NCBI GenBank assembly: GCA_030390025.1
Contig: CM059432.1
Location: forward strand, 110,238,001 to 110,302,000
Origin: Squalus acanthias
Taxonomy: Eukaryota
DNA length: 64,000 bases
Direction of reading: 5' to 3'
This document shows positions 12,543 to 24,899 of the stretch, one piece after another. The position numbers and the translations under genes are program-made. Within the stretch, counting starts at the first letter, position 1. The number at the start of each line of letters is the position of its first letter. The notes under the pieces are model-generated. The model was not told the DNA's origin. It worked only from the letters and a program-made list of their open reading frames with translations, and made no database searches.

Positions 12543-13825
12543 AGAATCATAGAATGGGTACAGCATGAAGGCGGCCATTCGGCCCGTCGAGCCCGTGCCG
12601 ACTCTCACTCCCCTGCCCTTCTCCGTAGCCCTGCAAATTTTTTTCCTTCAGATACTTATTCAACTCCCTTTTGAAAGCAGCGATCGAGTCTGCCTCCACC
12701 ACCCTTTCAGGCAGTGCATTCCAGATCCTAAGCACACTTATGTCGCCTTTGATTCTTTTGCCAATCACCTTAAATCTATGTCCTCCGGTTCTTGGCCCAT
12801 CTGCCAATGGGAACAGTTTCTCTCTATCTACTCTGTCCAGACCCCTCATGATTTTGAGCACCTCTATCAAATTTCCTCTCAATCTTCTCTGCTCCAAGGA
12901 GAACAACCCCAGCTTCTCCAGTCTATCAACGTAACTGAAGTTCCTCGTTCCTGGAATCATTCTCGTAAATCTTTTCTGCACTTTCACATCCTTCCTAAAG
13001 TGTGGTGCCCAGAATTGGACACAGTACTCCAATTGGGGCCTTTCCCTGTGTTTTATACAAATTCATCATAATTTCCACACTTTTGTACTCTATACCTCTA
13101 TTTATGAAAATGAGAAGTCGCACAACACCAGGTTATAGTCCAACAGATTTATTTAAAATTACGTAATAAGTAATTTAAAATAAATCTGTTGGACTATAAC
13201 CTGGTGTTGTGCGACTTCTCATTTTTGTCCACCCCAGTCCAACGCCGGCATCTCCACATCATGACCTCTATTTATGAAGCCCAGGATCCCGTAAGCTTTT
13301 CTTAACTGTTTTCTCAACCTGCCCTGCCACCTTCAACGATTTGTGCACACATACCCCTAGGTCTCTCTATTCGTGAACCACCTTCAGGATTGTACTATTT
13401 CGTTTATATGTCCTCTCGTCATTCTTTCTACCAAAATGTATCACTTCACACTTTTCTGTGTTAAAGTTCATCTGCCACAAGTCTGCCTATTTCACCAGCC
13501 TGTCTATGTCTTCCTGAAGTCTATCACTCTCCTCCTCACTGTTCACTATACTTCCAAGTTTTGTGTCATCTGCAAATTTTGAAATTGTGCCCTGGACACC
13601 CACATCCAAGTAATTAATATATATCAAGAAAAGCAGTGGTCCTAGAACCGACCCCTGGGGAACACCACTGTATACCTTCCTCCAGTCCGAAAAACAACCG
13701 TTCACCACTACTCTCTGTTTCCTATCACTTAGCCAATTTCATATCCATGCTGCCACTGTCCCTTTTATTCCATGGACTTCAACTTTGCTGGCAAGCCTAT
13801 TATGTGGCACTTTGTCAAATGTCTT
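12543..13825 (-). mobile_element. CR1 3' portion, interrupted by a palindromic insert
   Basis: ORFs 12547..13032 and 13487..13708 ([17 protein letters not shown]). Confidence 0.9.
13109..13263. mobile_element. 155-bp palindromic insertion with 15-bp TSD; probable Penelope-like inverted terminal remnant
   Basis: TSD acctctatttatgaa at 13094-13108 and 13264-13278. Perfect 48-bp inverted arms at 13107-13154 and 13178-13225. Confidence 0.7.
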
Positions 13826-14019
13826 TTGTCTTTTTCAACACGATCTTATCTCATTCATCCAGATTTTCAAATTCTCTTTCTTCCCATCACCAAATGAGAG
13901 GGTTCATGACATACTTAAGCAACAAGTGGCAATAATGGGAGAAAATTGCAGAAGTGATACAATGTGCAACTTTAAGCAATATTACTTCATGCGATATTCA
14001 TTAAGACAAGAAAAGCTGG

Positions 14020-14460
14020 AGGATGCCATGCTTGAACCGCACAGTGCTCTGAATAGACTGCACCTTGAGTACTGTGTCCAATTTCAGTCCTTCAGACACA
14101 AGGGAGACATTCAAACCTAGAGATAAAGTAAGCGCCATTCTCTAGTGTCAGTGGACAGAATTATCAGGAAAGACTGAAAACTTCAGAAGGCCTCATGAAG
14201 GTAAATCAGGTAGTAAATAGAAAAGGTAGATCTGAAACATGACAATAACAGTGACAGTGGGTCAATTGGCACACATTGAAATTAGTGAAAAACAAATTTA
14301 GGACTGATATCAAGATGTTCTTTTTCACAGAGCGATCAACCCATGCAGCGGACTTCTGGATCGGATGGTGGAGGTGAAAATCTTGGAATAATTTAAGAAG
14401 CATTTGGGTGTTTTCATGGTGGGTCTGTAAGCTCTTTCTGGATTAATGAGATAAGATTAT
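14020..14460 (+). mobile_element. Old, highly decayed CR1 3' fragment
   Basis: LHLEYCVQF remnant and ttctttttcacagagcg (FFTQRV-like). Confidence 0.55.
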
Positions 14461-14908
14461 GTTGAAAAAGACAAAGCCATGCCTGGAAATTGTGCCGAGC
14501 TTTACCCAGCATCCTGCCATAAGTTCAGTAAAACCCCCAGAATAACAGCATAAATGGTTTTTTTCAGCCATTTACATTTTCTCTCGGGAGTAGGGGGTTT
14601 CACTGATCTTCCACCAAAGTTACAGTACAGAACAGGAGAACCCCCTTGGAGTTTCAGGACCCATAAGGGCAGCTGGTCTGTGATGTGTTACAAGGCACTA
14701 GCACAGATGGACTGGATGATTTCATCAACATCAAGTAAAGCTAAATCATTTATCAACATCACTTAACCCGAACGACATGTTGCTGTTTGCAACATACTCC
14801 AGCTTGCACCATACTATACACAGGTATTTGTGGACGTTTGTTTTGCAAGGATGGTAGAATGCGGATGGCGGGGGTCCACGACTGAATAAGCAATTCAAAA
14901 TGCTGTTA

Positions 14909-15380
14909 GAAAGAAAAGAAAAACTTGCACTTAAATAGCGCTTTTCACGACCTCAGGATGTCCCAAAGCACTTTACAGCCAATGAAGTACTTTTGAGAGG
15001 TAGTCACTGTTGTAATGTAGGAAACACGGTAGCCAATTTGCGCACAGCAAGCTCCCACAATCAGCAATGTGTTAATGACAAGATCATCTGTTTTAGTGAT
15101 GTTGATTGAGGGATAAATATTGTCCAGGACAATGGGGATAACTCCCATACTCTTCTTCAAAATAATGCCATTGGATCTTTTACGTCCACCTGAGAGAGCA
15201 GACTGGACCTCGGTTTAACGTCTCATCCGAAAGACTGCACCTCCGACAGTGCAGCACTCCCTCAGCACTGCACTGGAGTGTCAGCCTAGATTTATGTGCT
15301 CAAGTCTCTGGAGTGGGACTTGAACCCACAACCTTCTGCCTCAGAGGCAAAGGTGCTACCCACTGAGCCACAGCTGACAC
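14909..15380 (-). mobile_element. Near full-length tRNA-headed Deu-domain SINE (SacSINE1-like)
   Basis: Minus strand shows A box tggctcagtgg, B box ggttcaagtcc, Deu core ctttcggatgagacgttaaaccgaggtcc...ctctcaggtggacgtaaaagatcc and an L2-like tail. Confidence 0.85.
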
Positions 15381-16029
15381 TACAATTTTTGTGTAAAACA
15401 ATGGCAGGGAGTGCGACCATGATAACTCCCAAACACGTTGCAAGACTCCCATCCTGTTTTTGTTCTTTTTGCAGTTGATCTTATAGCTTTTAATTATAGT
15501 GTACCATAGATGGATTCACAGCTTATACACCATTTAAAATAATAAACATTAATTAAAAGGAACTGCCTGAAAGGATGGTGGAAGCAGATTCAAAAGCAAT
15601 TTTCAGAACTTGAAAAGGAAAAATTTGCAGGGCTATGGGGAAAGAGTAGGAGAGTGGGGTGAATTAGATAGCTCTTCCAAGATCCGTCACATGCACGATC
15701 GGCCGTATGGCCTCCTTCTGTGCTGTATCATTCTATGATCTGGGACCAAGGTTCGAATCCAGTCCAAATAGACAGCTACATCAACAGTCTTGAATCCACA
15801 GGCCAAGACTGTCCATAATATGACAAATTAACATTAAGTGGATAGTTTTACTCAAGAGGCTGCTGATGAGGGAAATAGAAAAGTTCACATTGGGTACAGT
15901 AGGGAGGGATCCTCTGAGACTAGAGTTAACTTCACTGAGGAATTTTACATTTAATGGGACAGTACAATGTCAGATACTCAAAGTAAAACAGCGCCATTAC
16001 TGTTGAAATGGTGTAATAAATATATAAAT

Positions 16030-16830
16030 TCATGTATTCGAAACTTGGAAATGTAGTAAACAGTGAGGAGGATAGTAACAGACTTCAGGAAGACAGAGAC
16101 AGACTGGTGAAATGGGCAGGCACATGGCAGATAAAATTTAATGTGTGAAATGATGCATTTTGGAAGGAAGAATAAACTAAATGGTACACTTTTAAAGGGG
16201 GTGTGGGAACAGAAGGACCTGGGGGTGTACATCTTTGAAGGTGATAGGAGAAGTAGATAAGGCCGTTAAAAAAGCAAGGAAGTTATGCTAAACCTCTATA
16301 AATCGCAGGTTAGGCCTCAGCTGAAGTATTGTGTTCAATTCTGGGCTTTAGGAAGGATGTCAAGGCCTTGGAGTGGGTACAGAGGAAATTTACTAGAATG
16401 GTACCAGGGATGAGGGAATACAGTTATGTGGAGAGACTAGGGTTGTTCTCCTTAGAGCAGAAAAGGTTCAGGGGAGATTTAATAGAGGTGTTTTGATAGA
16501 ATAAATAAGGAGAAACAGTTTCCACTGGTAGAAGGATTGGTAACCAGAGGACAGATTTAAGGGAATTAGCAAAACAACCAAACGCGAGTTGAGAATTTTT
16601 TTTACACAGTGAGTTATGATGATCTGGAATGCCCTACCTGAAAGGGTGTTGGAAGCAGATTCAAGAATAACTTTCCAAAGGGAATTTGATAAATACTTGC
16701 AGGGGAAAAATTAGCATAGCTATAAAGGAAAGGGCTGACGAGTGGGACTAATTGGATAGCTTTTTCAAAAGAGCCGCCACAGGCACAATTTGCCAAATGG
16801 CCTCCTTCTGTGCTGTACCATTCTATGATG
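16030..16830 (+). mobile_element. CR1 3' portion, decayed (a separate short 3' tail lies at about 15560-15740)
   Basis: RT C-terminal remnants and 3' tail ggcctccttctgtgctgtaccattctatga. Confidence 0.8.
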
Positions 16831-17430
16831 TATACATATCTCAACAGAAATATTGTGGTAATAAGTCAACATGTATATGGAAGAAAAAAAAGCACAGAAA
16901 TCTGATCGACAGATTGAAGCACGATAACCTCACAGTTTCCCATAATGCTCAGATTAAAGTCTGAAGCAGCGAAATTCGCCACCTTAGCCGTTTTTAAAGG
17001 CATCCGCCCACTTTGGGCGCAGCCCTTGCTGTTCGCCATCTTGGTGAGGGCGATAGCACAGGAGGAACGTGTGCGCGCCGGCAGTAAGCAGAGGAGGCAG
17101 ATCACGACATCAGTCAGGGTGTAACGCGGATTTGATGCACAACCTGATGTTTCGCCGTCGCAGCTCCATTCAACGCCCTCTCCTAAGCACGCACAGCTTA
17201 ACATACGTTCAGCTGCACGAGGAACCCCCTCCACCAGCACTATTTAAAAGGATACATCCAACTTGCAGGTTAGTTGATTATTGCTCTTGTACTGGCTCTT
17301 GCAGCATTTGTAGGAGCACTGGGTTGCTGGAAGAGATTTATAACGATGTTAAAGTGCACAGGGAGTGCTGCTGTTGGGAAGGTGTTGGCTGCTACTGGAA
17401 GGCCTCTGACTACATCACTTTCTCCCAGTC

Positions 17431-18530
17431 ATGGGGGCTCAGTTGCAGTCCTCCTCACGCTGCAGCTTGACAGGGAGATGGAGCAGAGGCAGCAAAGACA
17501 TGCTGTTCGCAGAGGGAGGGGGAGTAAGAGCGCTCACAGCAGGAGGCCTTACCTACCTAGGGTATTCAGGGAGCTCTTCTCCTACCTGCACCTAAGCCAG
17601 GAGCAGTGTGTTCGGCAGCTCCGCTTCACCAAGGTGGTGGTCACAGAACTCTGCCACCTCCTGGAACCAGACCTGCAGGGCGACGACGGTGCTGCCAGTG
17701 GCCCTCGAGGTCACTGTGGCCCTGAATTTTTTTGCCATCGGATCATTCCAGGCTGGAACAGGTGACATAGCTAACATCTCACAGTTCGCTGTGCATCGCT
17801 GCATCCGGGAGGTCACAGAGGCTCTGTACTCCAGGAGAGGGGCCTTCACTGTCTTCTCTCTAAACATAAAGAAGCAGTAGGAGTGTGCATGTGACATTGC
17901 CAGGATATCGGGCTTCCCCATGGTGCAGGGCGCCATCGACTACACACACGTGGCTTTGCGGGCGCCGCATCTAAATGCTGAGATGTTCTGTAACCGTAAA
18001 GGGTTCCACTCAGTTAATGTGCAGTTGTTGTGCGACCACGCCCAGCACATCATGCTGGTGAATGCCCGCTATCCTGGCAACAATCACGATGCCTTCATCC
18101 TGCGCTAGTCCGCTGTGCCAGCAATCTTCTAGGCACCACATCGAACCTGAGGGTGACTGCTAGGCAATAAGGGCTATCCGCACTACACCAGGCTGCTGAC
18201 TCCCCACCGCAACCCCACCACTCATGGCCAACTCTCATATAATGACAGCCATGCTGGAACATCATCGAGCAGACCATCGGGGTACTCAAGCAACGGTTCT
18301 ACTGCCTTGACTACTTGGGAGGAGCTCTCCAGTAATCGCCTGAGCAGGTGTCCAAATTCATGGTGGCCTGCTGCATCCTCCACAACTTGGCTATCATGAG
18401 GGCACAGCCCTTGCCACCATGGGTTCCACGACCATCCCAGGAGGAGGAGGAGTAAGGGAGGGGGCAGCCTGCATAATCCCGTTCTGGATGGGCTGTCCGC
18501 GAGCACATCATCAGACTCCGCTTCCCCTGA
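17431..18530 (+). pseudogene. Harbinger DDE transposase (HARBI1-like), disrupted
   Basis: VTVALNFFAIGSFQ, GAIDYTHV, NRKGFHSVNVQLLCD, YPGNNHDAFIL and IEQTIGVLKQRF spread across frames with stops. Confidence 0.88.
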
Positions 18531-18749
18531 ATGAAACCCCAGATCTCCATTGCTCAACACTTCCCCACCTTAGCATCCCTGTGTCACAGAACATCATAGC
18601 GTCCTCTTGGCCACAATGCTGAAATGAAAGCCACTGCGATATAGTTCCAGGTCAGGATGGTGTATGGCTTGAGGCGGAACTTGGAGGTGGTGGTGTTCCC
18701 ATGCGCCTGCTGCCCTTGTCCTTCTAGGTGGTAGAGGTTGCAGATTTGC

Positions 18750-20545
18750 GTGGCTGGCTGGCTGCAGCATGGCTGGTGGAAGGCTGCTGACTTTCAGTGG
18801 GGCAGACTACAGATGGCCTTGCAAGATGACCCCGAGCAGCTCTGGGCCTAGAAGGCCCGGCTGTAGACTACACCATCTCGGCATAGGCGGCAGCAGTCTG
18901 GGCTGGCTGGTTGACTGGCAACAGCAAGGCACTGGCAGAGTGGGAGTATGAATGGTGTCATCCTGAGAGAGGACAGTGGGGTCGTGCTCCACAGAGCCAC
19001 TGCCACTCCCCCGTGGCGTCGCCTCAGCATTCCTAGTAATCTGTTGGAGGACAGATTGCTGGACTGCTGTGACACCCTGCAGGCCTCTTTCCACACGATG
19101 ATAGCAGAAGGCTGAACCTGCGTTGCAGCAAGCTGAGCCTGCATATCAGAAGTCTGAGCTTCCACTGATGTTGGGTGGCTTCCACTTGTGCTGTAATAGA
19201 AGCGGAGACATCGCCCAGCAGACCCTGCATCATGGTTGGGTCCACAAGTCCTCTAATGGAGTTGCCCATCATGGAAACCATGGGCTCCAAGCTCTGCGCA
19301 AAGCCCCATGCAAGGTTGGAGCCGGACACCTGCACGCTACTCGACAGTGACAACAGGCTTTCTGGCAGGCCTGCCAATGCACCAAACACTTCTGCGTGCA
19401 TGCCCATCATCCTTTTTGTGAAGGCCGCCCCATCAAAGTCATCATCTGAGTTCTCTGCAGCAGAACTCCTGTGCGATCTTGCCCTGTGGGGAGCTGACAC
19501 CCGCGCTACCCTTTCCCCCTGGCCTGGCTGCAGGCCACTACTCATGCCCGGTGACTCACCATGTGCAGATCCTGCCTCTAACCTATCCTCTAAAGTACAC
19601 AGTGTGCCAGTTTCTGAGCTGGTGCCTGCGAGTGTCAGATTGAGCGACGGTGTCTCTTCTTCTTCATCACTCTCCTCTTGCTCTTCCTGCACAGGCTGTG
19701 CTGGTCAGAGTTCTTGGGTATCTGAAAGGAGAAAGGCACATGGGTAGGGTTGTGGTGAGGGTGTGGGGGGAGGGGGGGGGTGGAAGCAAGAGGTGCATGC
19801 TTACACCATCAGCAGCTTGTAAGTCAGAAGAGATTGTGGGATGAGGGGAAAGTGGGATGTGAGAAGGAGGATTAGGTATGAGCATACCATCATCATCAAT
19901 GTTTTCAGCCTCGCTGATCACCACGGCCTCAGTGACGGCTCCTCCAATGATGTCTAGCACTGTCGCCTTCAGATGGGTCAGGATATGCAGCCATGCTTGC
20001 CCCCCGCTTGTTAGCTGCTGCTAGCGCCGGTTATGTGCCACCTCGGCCTGCAAGAGAAAGGGAAGTGTGTCAGTGAGTGTGCTGCAATGTGTTTGGGTGA
20101 TGTGCCTGTCATGGTTGAATAACTGACAATGTGTGCAAAGTGTGAGATGTGGGTGTGAGGCTTGCAACAGTGGTAAGTGTGTAAGGATGAGGTGAAGCTA
20201 TGATTGTGAAGTATGAATGGTGATTGATAGAGATTGATGGGGGTGTGGTGCATTGAGCAGTGGCTGAAGCTAGTAGTGCAGTTGGTGGGATGACATTTGA
20301 AGATGCATTCACTGACCTTGACCATTCGTATGGGGTCATTAAACTTCTTTCGGCACTGGATCCAGGTCCTGGGGGAAAGACTGGTGGCATTTCAGCAATC
20401 TGCTCCCACTGCCTTCTTACACTCTGTCTGAAGGGCTTCCTGGCCCCCTGCAGGTAGAGTCTCCTCCTTTCGACCCTCTGCACTAAAGCCTCCAGTGCTG
20501 CGTCTATGAGAACCTAGGTGCCCTTTCTCTGCCCTGTTGAGCCAT
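18750..20545 (-). pseudogene. Harbinger Myb/SANT-like DNA-binding protein gene, 3 exons (20545-20317, 20047-19888, 19721-about 18750), disrupted
   Basis: MAQQGRERAPRF...QWEQIA...RTWIQCRKKFND. GT-AG introns are at the same positions as in the 52194-57800 copy. Confidence 0.8.
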
Positions 20546-22154
20546 AGCTACCTTACAGTTTCCTTTGTAACAATTACAATGAGGTGCTTATTTCAGAAAG
20601 CACCTTCCCTTTATGAAGTGCAGACTGTGTTTCAAACTGCAGGCTAGCTTTAAATAGAAATCATTTCCCACAAAATTGGTCGCCTTGCTGAGCGCTCAGC
20701 CAACCAACAACTGTGCTCAGCGCTTCAATCATGTTGATTAGCAGGCAGCATGAATGTGACAAACACATATCCAAAACCAGCACAATGAAGTTACCCCGCG
20801 CATAAATGGTGAGGTGCGAGGAGCAGGAGTCTCAGAACTCATTCCCGTAGATACGGAGCTGTGGGGGGAGCCCCAATCAGCAAAGTGAAGGAAGTTTGAG
20901 CACAGAGGTAAGCGATGGCCTCAGGTGGTCGATGCCAGACCTCGGGGGACGAGGGTTGAAAGCGTGCTCCCGCTTCCTGGCCACCATTTTGATCACTTAG
21001 GAGGCTGCATAGCGCACCCAATATCCAGGCCTAGATTTTTTAAAAGGAAAAATCAGGCCCACAATCAAATTTACAGTGGAGATTCAAAAAACAGATCTCA
21101 GTACCAACAAGGTATAGTGCTATACCAGACTTGGGAATGCTTAGTACCAACACTGGCATCCGAAAATAGAAAGAGGCACATTCTGTTCCTAACAGGGTAA
21201 CTCCGTCATCTTGAAGAGCCCCCAAAATGTGGCATCCAAGCCAGATCCTCATTTTATGGTCACTCTTTCAGTAAAGTCATACAAATCCTACACCTTTAAT
21301 CAGAGGACACAAAAGCCTTCTATGAAGGTGCATAAACCCCAGTTTGCAGTTGGTCACATGAGGAATTTCTAGTGTCTGTAAACACAATCTCATCACCCTC
21401 AGCCTGCTCAGAAATGAGTGTCACAAATTCCAGCAGCAATCAAGTCACGTATGTTCTTTCCAGAATACATTCAATGCTCCCTATTTCAGAAATAATTCTG
21501 TACTTATCACAACTTACCTTACAAGGTCACATACAATGCTGTACTGTGATAACAAATGTGAAGTGCCACACATTTAAAAAAAAAAATTATGCTCTGAATT
21601 TTATTTCCTCAAAAGTACGCCCTTCATTTTAGCTGGCATGTAGGGGACAGGGTAGAAAGAAAATAATTAAGTTGGGAGCCCTTCATTCTCATTGAGAGTC
21701 AGTGAAGATTTCACAGTGGATTAAAAGGGAAGAAAAACTGCCAAGGCAGCAACCTTTACTGTAATGTTGCTCTCTGTCAAATGGAACACAAATGGTCACA
21801 AAGCATAAAGCAAACACACAGAACTTGTGTTTAACCAACACTCAGGAATTCTCCGTTAGCAAGATTTAGCCTGTCAAAACTACTCCTGACAGCTCCCTGC
21901 CCAGGGTGGACTTTAATAACATATAATGGCAACAGAAATGTCACAGGCTACGGGTAAATATCCTTTCTCCATACAAGAAATATCATGGAGGTAGTAAAAC
22001 AAGATAAATCTCAACTTAAAGCTGGTGAAGGCAGTGCATTCTGCCTTCTTTCTAATCGATCCCTGGGATTGCCTCAAAAGGTGACCTTTCTGTAAAGTTC
22101 AAAAAGGCAAGTCTGATTTTTACTTTTACTCGAGATAAGTAGGGATTTTTTAAA

Positions 22155-22550
22155 AACATAGGAACAGGGGTAGGCCATTCACTCCCTCCAGCCTGTGCCA
22201 CATTCAATTTGATCATGGCTGATCTATCCCTCAATTCCATTTACCCACCTTTGCTCCATGTCCCTTGAAACTCATACCAAGAAAAGTCTATTGATCTTAG
22301 TCTTCAAAATTACAATTGACTCAGCATCTAAAGCATTTTAGGGCAGAATTCCAGATTTCCATTATCCTTCGTGTGTAAAAAGGCTTTCCTCATTTCACTC
22401 TGAAATGGCTTGGCTCTAATTTTAACGTTTTGCCCCATAGTTCTGGATTCCCCCACCAGAGAAAATAGTTTCTCACTTTCTACCCTGTCAAATCAATTTA
22501 TCATTTTAAAGACCATGCTTAGAACCCCTCAACCTTCTAAACTCAAGAAT
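22155..22550 (-). mobile_element. CR1 3' fragment
   Basis: Reverse-strand CR1 3' UTR and ORF2 C-terminal remnant. Confidence 0.75.
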
Positions 22551-22704
22551 AAGAACTTTGTTTTCTTCATTCCCACCAACTCTCCTGAAAGTTTTAGCTA
22601 GTGCTGGGGGACAAACACAGACACTTGGTGCCTTCGAGTACCTCCCGTGAATGGCATTGCTTCATGTGTGAACTAAAGAGTGAGTGTCAACCATCATGTG
22701 AGGT

Positions 22705-23500
22705 CACCAGAATGATACCCAGACGCCAGGGGTTAAATTACGAGGAGAGATGACACAAACTACGGTTATATTTCCTGGAATTTAGAAGGGCAAGGGGTGA
22801 GTTGATCGAAGTTTTCAAGATATTAAGAGGAACAGATAGGGTAGATAGAGAGAAACTGTTTCCGCTGGTTGGGGATTCTAGGACTAGGGGACATAGTCTA
22901 AAAATTATAGCCAGACCTTTCAGGAGTGAAATGAGGAAACACTTCTACACACAAAGGGTGGCAGAAGTTTGGAACTCTCTTCCCCAAACGGCAATTGTTG
23001 CTAGATCAATTGTTAATTTTAAATCTGAGATTGATAGCTTTTTGTTAACTAAAAGGTACTGTATTAAGGGATATGGGCTAAAGGCGGGTATATGGAGTTA
23101 GGTCGCAGATCACGGGGCAGGGGCAACACGGTGGCATAGTGGTTAGCACTGTTGCCTCACAGCGCCTGGGGCCCGGGTTCGAGTCCGGCCTCGGGTGACT
23201 GTCTGTGTGGAGTTTGCACATTCTCCCCGTGTCTGCGTGGGTTTCCTCCGGGTGCTCCGGTTTCCTCCCACAGTCCAAAGATGTGCGGGTTAGGTTGATT
23301 TGGCTATGATAAATTGACCCTTAGTGTTAGGGGGATTAAATACGTGGGGTTACGGGGATAGGGTGGGATATGTGTCGGTGCAGGCTCGATGGGCCGAAAT
23401 GGCCTCTATCTGCACTGTGGGGATTCTGTCATCAGCCATGATCTCATTGAATGGCGGAACAGGCTCGAGGGACTGAATGGCCTACTCCTGTTCCTATGTC
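22705..23500 (+). mobile_element. CR1 3' fragment with a SINE inserted in its 3' UTR
   Basis: ORF 22802..23101 (FYTQRVAEVWNSLP). The 3' UTR resumes at 23431. Confidence 0.85.
23114..23430 (+). mobile_element. HE1-type V-SINE (tRNA head, V domain, CR1-derived tail)
   Basis: A box tggcatagtgg 23132-23142, B box ggttcgagtcc 23176-23186, V-domain ggagtttgcacattctccccgtgtctgcgtgggtttcctccggg, tail gatgggccgaaatggcc. Confidence 0.9.
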
Positions 23501-23514
23501 TACTCTTTTTTTTA

Positions 23515-23912
23515 TTAGTTCGTGGGATGTGGGTGTCGCTGGCAAGGCCAGTATTTATTGCCCATCCCTAGTTGCCCTTGAGAAGGTGGTGGTGAGCCTC
23601 CTTCTTGAACCGCTGCAATCCGTGTGGTGAAGGTACTCCCACAGTGTTGTTAGGGAGGAAGTTCCAGGATTTTGACCCAGCGACGATGAAGGAATGGTGA
23701 TTTACTTCCAAGTCAGGTGTGTGACTTGGAGGGGAACTTGGAGGTGGTGGTGTTCCCATGCGCCTGCTGCCCTTGTCCTTCTCGGTGGTGGAGGTTGCGG
23801 GTTTGGGAGGTGCTGCAGTGCATCGTGTAGATGGTACACACTGCAGCCACGGTACGCCGGTGGTGGAGGGAGTGAATGTTTAAGGTGGTGGATGGGGTGT
23901 CAATCAAGCCAA
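23515..23912 (-). mobile_element. 3' end of a second CR1/L2-group LINE family (a short piece also sits at about 18640-18750)
   Basis: LNIHSLHHRRTVAAVCTIY and SWNFLP remnants. Shares ggaacttggaggtggtggtgttcccatgcgcctgctgcccttgtcc with 18676-18721. Confidence 0.7.
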
Positions 23913-24899
23913 TCACCTCCAGTGCCACAAATGTATTCGTATTTTTTTTTTTTAAACAAATGCATTGTTGAGCACTTTGTGTTGCAGCAGATGATGTGTC
24001 TCATCTTCTAGCAGATAAAGGCTATGGCCATGATGGAACCAGATCCAAAAACTCCATTCTGAGGCAACAAAGCCTTTTTTGTTTAAGTAGTTACCCATGG
24101 TAAGATATAGAATTTTCGGAATTTGTCAGCTTGGTCACTTTTAGCTTTGGAGATGTTATTAATGGAAAGGAAACTCAGCCTGTTCAGATAACCACATACC
24201 ATAGACTTCTATCTGCTGATAAAAACCCAGAAAACACAAATATAGTGAGACTCTGAACACTGCACTGCCATAAGGCGAAGACGACCCCTTTTATGGTAGT
24301 CAAAAGACATGGACAAAGAAAATATCCTTAAAAAGGTACGGATCAAGCTCGCCTGAAAGATGTATAAAAGGCGAACGAACTGTGCTATTGTCAGGAGAGG
24401 CGATTGTCTAGGAGAGGCAACATGAAGAAGAAGCAGAAGACCAAGACGAGGAGGATTCACCTCAGTAGACACTCCAGGGCTCCCTCCTCCAGAACAAAAT
24501 GGTTTGGTCAAGCCATGCTCTGAACTGTATTTCATTTGTGCGTATTGTCCAAATCTGTTGCTTATTGTTGTTTGGCAATCAAATATTATGCTTAGTAATC
24601 TTAATACCAGTTTCAGTGATTGTTGTCTCCGCTCAAGGTTCGACCTAGTAATAAGGTTATTTCTATAAATATAGAGACAAACAACACTAATATTAATCCT
24701 ACACCAACAAAGTACAGCAAAACAGAACTGTAGATAGCAATCTCAGCTTTAGAAGGGATAGGCCCTACCTGACCAACCTCCTTGATTTATTTGGGGAAAT
24801 GACAACCCGAGTGGATTGTGGTAAACCCTGCAATATTGTATGCTTAAACTTCCAAAAGACATTTGATAACATTCTAAAATAAAGGCTACTAGTTAAGTA

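Larger units (their letters stand above)
16962..21060 (+). mobile_element. Decayed autonomous-type PIF/Harbinger DNA transposon (copy 1) with convergent transposase and Myb/SANT genes
   Basis: Two gene remnants as listed below. Terminal non-coding region is homologous to the reverse complement of 59260-59605. Ends are approximate. Confidence 0.85.

Noticed and set aside
17431..18530. Domesticated HARBI1/NAIF1 host genes
   Set aside because: Multiple stops and frameshifts, several copies in the window, and transposon-type layout.
21512..21560. Possible micro/poison exon ending AAG|GTAAGT on the OXR1 strand
   Set aside because: The donor is consensus but the acceptor is weak. Such motifs are expected by chance in 29 kb without RNA evidence.
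23114..23190. tRNA gene (also 15300-15380)
   Set aside because: The A/B boxes run into SINE body and LINE-derived tail, so these are SINE heads.
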